Shown here: positions 60,967 through 64,000 of the stretch, piece by piece | How positions within the stretch are numbered: position 1 is the first letter of the stretch | Layout: each line of letters starts with the position of its first letter | DNA from: the human T2T-CHM13v2.0 reference genome, Homo sapiens | Reading direction: 5' to 3' (one strand) | DNA length: 64,000 nt | NCBI RefSeq assembly: GCF_009914755.1 | Contig: NC_060925.1 | Program-made: the position numbers and the translations under genes | Notes under the pieces: generated by a model | What the model was told of the DNA's origin: nothing | The model's input: the letters and a program-made list of their open reading frames with translations, nothing else | Database searches by the model: none

Positions 60967-61598
60967 GTGAGAGTTCATTGGAAAAGTGGTCACAGGAGCA
61001 AATAGCAGGGGCAGGGGCGGGGGAGGCCTGTGGTTCTCCAGGGGCACAGATGTTCCTTTCTACAAAATCCCAAGGAAAAAGATTCCCCCATCTTCTTCCG
61101 TAGATTGCACCGAAATTCAGCCAACAATGTAAGCTTTCCTTTAGAAGCAGCCTGGGCATGCCCTCTTCTGTGAAGCCTGCCTTGATTTTTCAGCACAGTG
61201 AGAGGCATCCTCTTTGGTGTTCCTCAAATTCCCTCTACCAAATGGTCTTCATAATTCTCTGCTTCTCTGCTTCCCCTTCTCTCTCCTCAGTGGCAAGGAA
61301 TTTTTTTATTTTTATAGATTTAGGGGATACAAGTGCAGCTATCTTATGCAAGCAATTTCATGTTGTTGGGTTTTTGGTTTTTGTTTCCTTTTTGTGGCCT
61401 CTCGCTCATTTCTTATTTCTTTTTGAGGCAGGGTCTCACTCTGTTGCCCAGGCTGAAGTGCAGTGGCATGATCATGGTTCACTGCAGCCTTGACCTCCTA
61501 GTCTCAAGCAATCTTCCCACCTCAGCCTCCCAAGAAGCTGGGACCACAGGAGGGCACCACCATGCCTGGCTAATTTTTTTTTTTTTTTTTTTTGGTAG

Positions 61599-61733
<135 letters not shown>

Positions 61734-64000
61734 TAGTTTTCTTTTGGAAGCTTCAGCCTGTTGCTACCCCCCACCCCCACCCCCACCGACCCCAGCTTTC
61801 TTCTCACTTAGGGGCTGGGAAGTCTGCATGCTGTCTATAAATCCAGAACCAGAAGGTATGGCTGAAGGGGAGGGTAGGATGATGGTTATTTTATATTCAG
61901 CTAAAAATATTCCCAGACTGTGATGAGACAACTGTAAATAAGACAGATGTCCACAATGGTGTGACTTTGCTTTTTTAAAAATATTGAAATGAGTTTCAGG
62001 CATCTCAGTGGGCTGATAGGTTGTTGATAATAGACAGGGCCTCCTTGAAGAATGTCCCTGAGACAAAGTTGAAGCTTGAGCCTGGTTGAGTCCTTGCTTG
62101 TTCCTAGGTTGATATGAACGGCTAGTTAACTGGAAGCAAAGAGAAGTCATCCTGGGGGCCATGGCAGTGACAAGTAGGACTTAGGGAGGGAAGCCCTTAT
62201 ACCATTTAAGGTGCTGGCCCAGAGAGGAGCCTTCAGTGACAGACAAACAAGAGCTGGCACAATTTTAATTCACTTCAATTTACTCTAATTCATTTCAATC
62301 CAATACAATTCAATGCATTCCATTCATTCAACCATGTATGACATCCAATGTGGGATCCAGACTCATGATGATTAGAGCTGATATTTATGAGCACTTACTA
62401 TGTACCAGGCACTATTCTACATGCTTTACATTGAACCCTCACAATAACCCAATGAGGTGGGTACTATTATGATCTTCGTTTTTCATATGAGGAAACTAGG
62501 CATATGGATGTTGAGTAATTTGCCCACGGTCGCTCAGCTAGCAATAGCACAGCGTATTTAAATTTAGCCACCCTGGATTTAGTTTCCTTACACTTAACCA
62601 TTATGCATCATGGCCCCATTTTACAGTGGGCTTGAGTCTTTGTCATATAACCCAGTAGGTTAGCAGCCACTATTCCAACCCTGTAGATTGACTCTAGGGT
62701 CCATGTTCTTTACCCCTGCACCGTGCTACTAACGTAGGTACAAAATGTCCTCAGAAACTCACTTTATACGGAAGCTCAGAGGAGGGTCCACAACCCAGGC
62801 AGGGGAGACGATGGTGTCAGGGGAGGGAGGTGACTGCCCAGCCAGGTCTTGAAGGCTCAGTAGGAATTACCTGTGGGACAAAGGAGGGTCATCCAAGTGA
62901 GGGCACAGTGGGTGCCATGGCGTGCACACACAATAGAGCAGACTGAGCCTGGGCTTAACATTGCATTGCCCTGGAGCCTAAAAGGGGAAACAAAGGGCCG
63001 GGCGACGTGGCTCACGCCTGTAATCCCGGCACATTGGGAGGCCAAGGCTGGAGAATCACCTGAGGTTAGGAGTTCGAGACCAGCCTGGCCAACATGGCAA
63101 AACCGCATCTCTACTAAAATTATAAAAACTGGCTGGGTGTGGTGGCACACGTCTATAATCCGAGCTACTTGGGAGGCCATTACACTCCAGCCTGGGCGCC
63201 AGAGTGAGACTTCATCTCAAAAAACCAAACAACAAAAACAACAACAAGAACAACAAAAAAACAAAGAGGAGAGCAGGGACTGGGTGTGGTGACTCATGCC
63301 TGTAATCCCAAACACTTTGGGAGACCAAGGCAGGCAGATCACCTGAGGTCAGGAGTTCGAGACCAGCCTGGCCAACATGGTAAAACCCTGTCTCTACTAA
63401 AAATACAAAAATTAGCCGGATGTGGTGGCACGTGCCTGTAGTCCCAGCTGCTTGGGAAGCTGAGGGAGGAGAATTGCTTGAACCCAGGAGGCAGAGGTTG
63501 CTGAGCTGAGAACATGCCACTGCACTCCACCCTGGGTGACAGAGTGGGACTCTGTCTGAAAAAAATAATAGTAATAAATAAAAATAAAGAGGGAAGCAGC
63601 GGGTGGCAGACTCACTGGGCTGCATACGAAGTTTGGCTTCAGTCTGAGGTCCGAATAGTAAACAGCAGCGAGACAAGTTTGGGTTTGGGTCATGGAGGAA
63701 GCCATGCCAGGGCTGGTGTTGGGCACAGGGAAAGGGGCATGGCTTGAGACACCAGACCAGCGTGGAGGCTGTAGTGTAGTATTGACCTGAGGACTTCAAC
63801 ATTCTGATGGTGTACACACGATTTTTTGAGCATGTACCATGGTTATATATTACACTTTAAGTATTACTTTAAGTATTACTACATTAATATATTTTGTATG
63901 TTACAATAAATACATACAAATTAGGAAAATTGAAAGAGATCAAAATGAAATATATAATATTTTCAAATTACTAATCATAATGGTGTCAATCTCCAGGCAG

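Noticed and set aside
60783-61103. 106-aa ORF with an N-terminally extended RhD
   Set aside because: It uses a GTG start in the 5'UTR and runs into intron 1. The real start is ATG 60819.
62260-62335. Degenerate ATTC/TTCA repeats in RHD intron 1
   Set aside because: Consistent with an L2/MIR-associated simple-repeat tail; not a functional array or CRISPR.

Overview
Human genomic DNA, recognisable as chromosome 1p36.11 at the 5' side of the RH locus. It is very Alu-rich. It contains the complete SYF2 gene (minus strand, 7 coding exons, 243 aa), the complete RSRP1/C1orf63 gene (minus strand, non-coding exon 1 plus 4 coding exons, 290 aa), the ~9.14 kb upstream Rhesus box (~47154-56296), and the promoter, exon 1 and start of intron 1 of RHD (plus strand). 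An intact upstream box followed by RHD exon 1 means this is not the common RHD-deletion haplotype. The most notable structure is the 3' part of the Rhesus box (~54372-56260). It is a decayed, intron-containing duplicate of the RSRP1 5' end whose reading frame is dead but whose CpG-island promoter is retained. A MER20 insertion suggests it is far older than the RHD duplication. Other observations: a THE1 element with one LTR but a target-site duplication on both sides, a 3'-truncated U2 snRNA retrocopy, a ~120-bp templated local duplication, an AluYa5, candidate RSRP1 poison and micro-exons, and an orphan promoter-like CpG island. No wholly new gene system is supported, and most short ORFs in the track are Alu artefacts. 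Repeat subfamily names and literature details are from memory of consensus sequences and need RepeatMasker or database confirmation.
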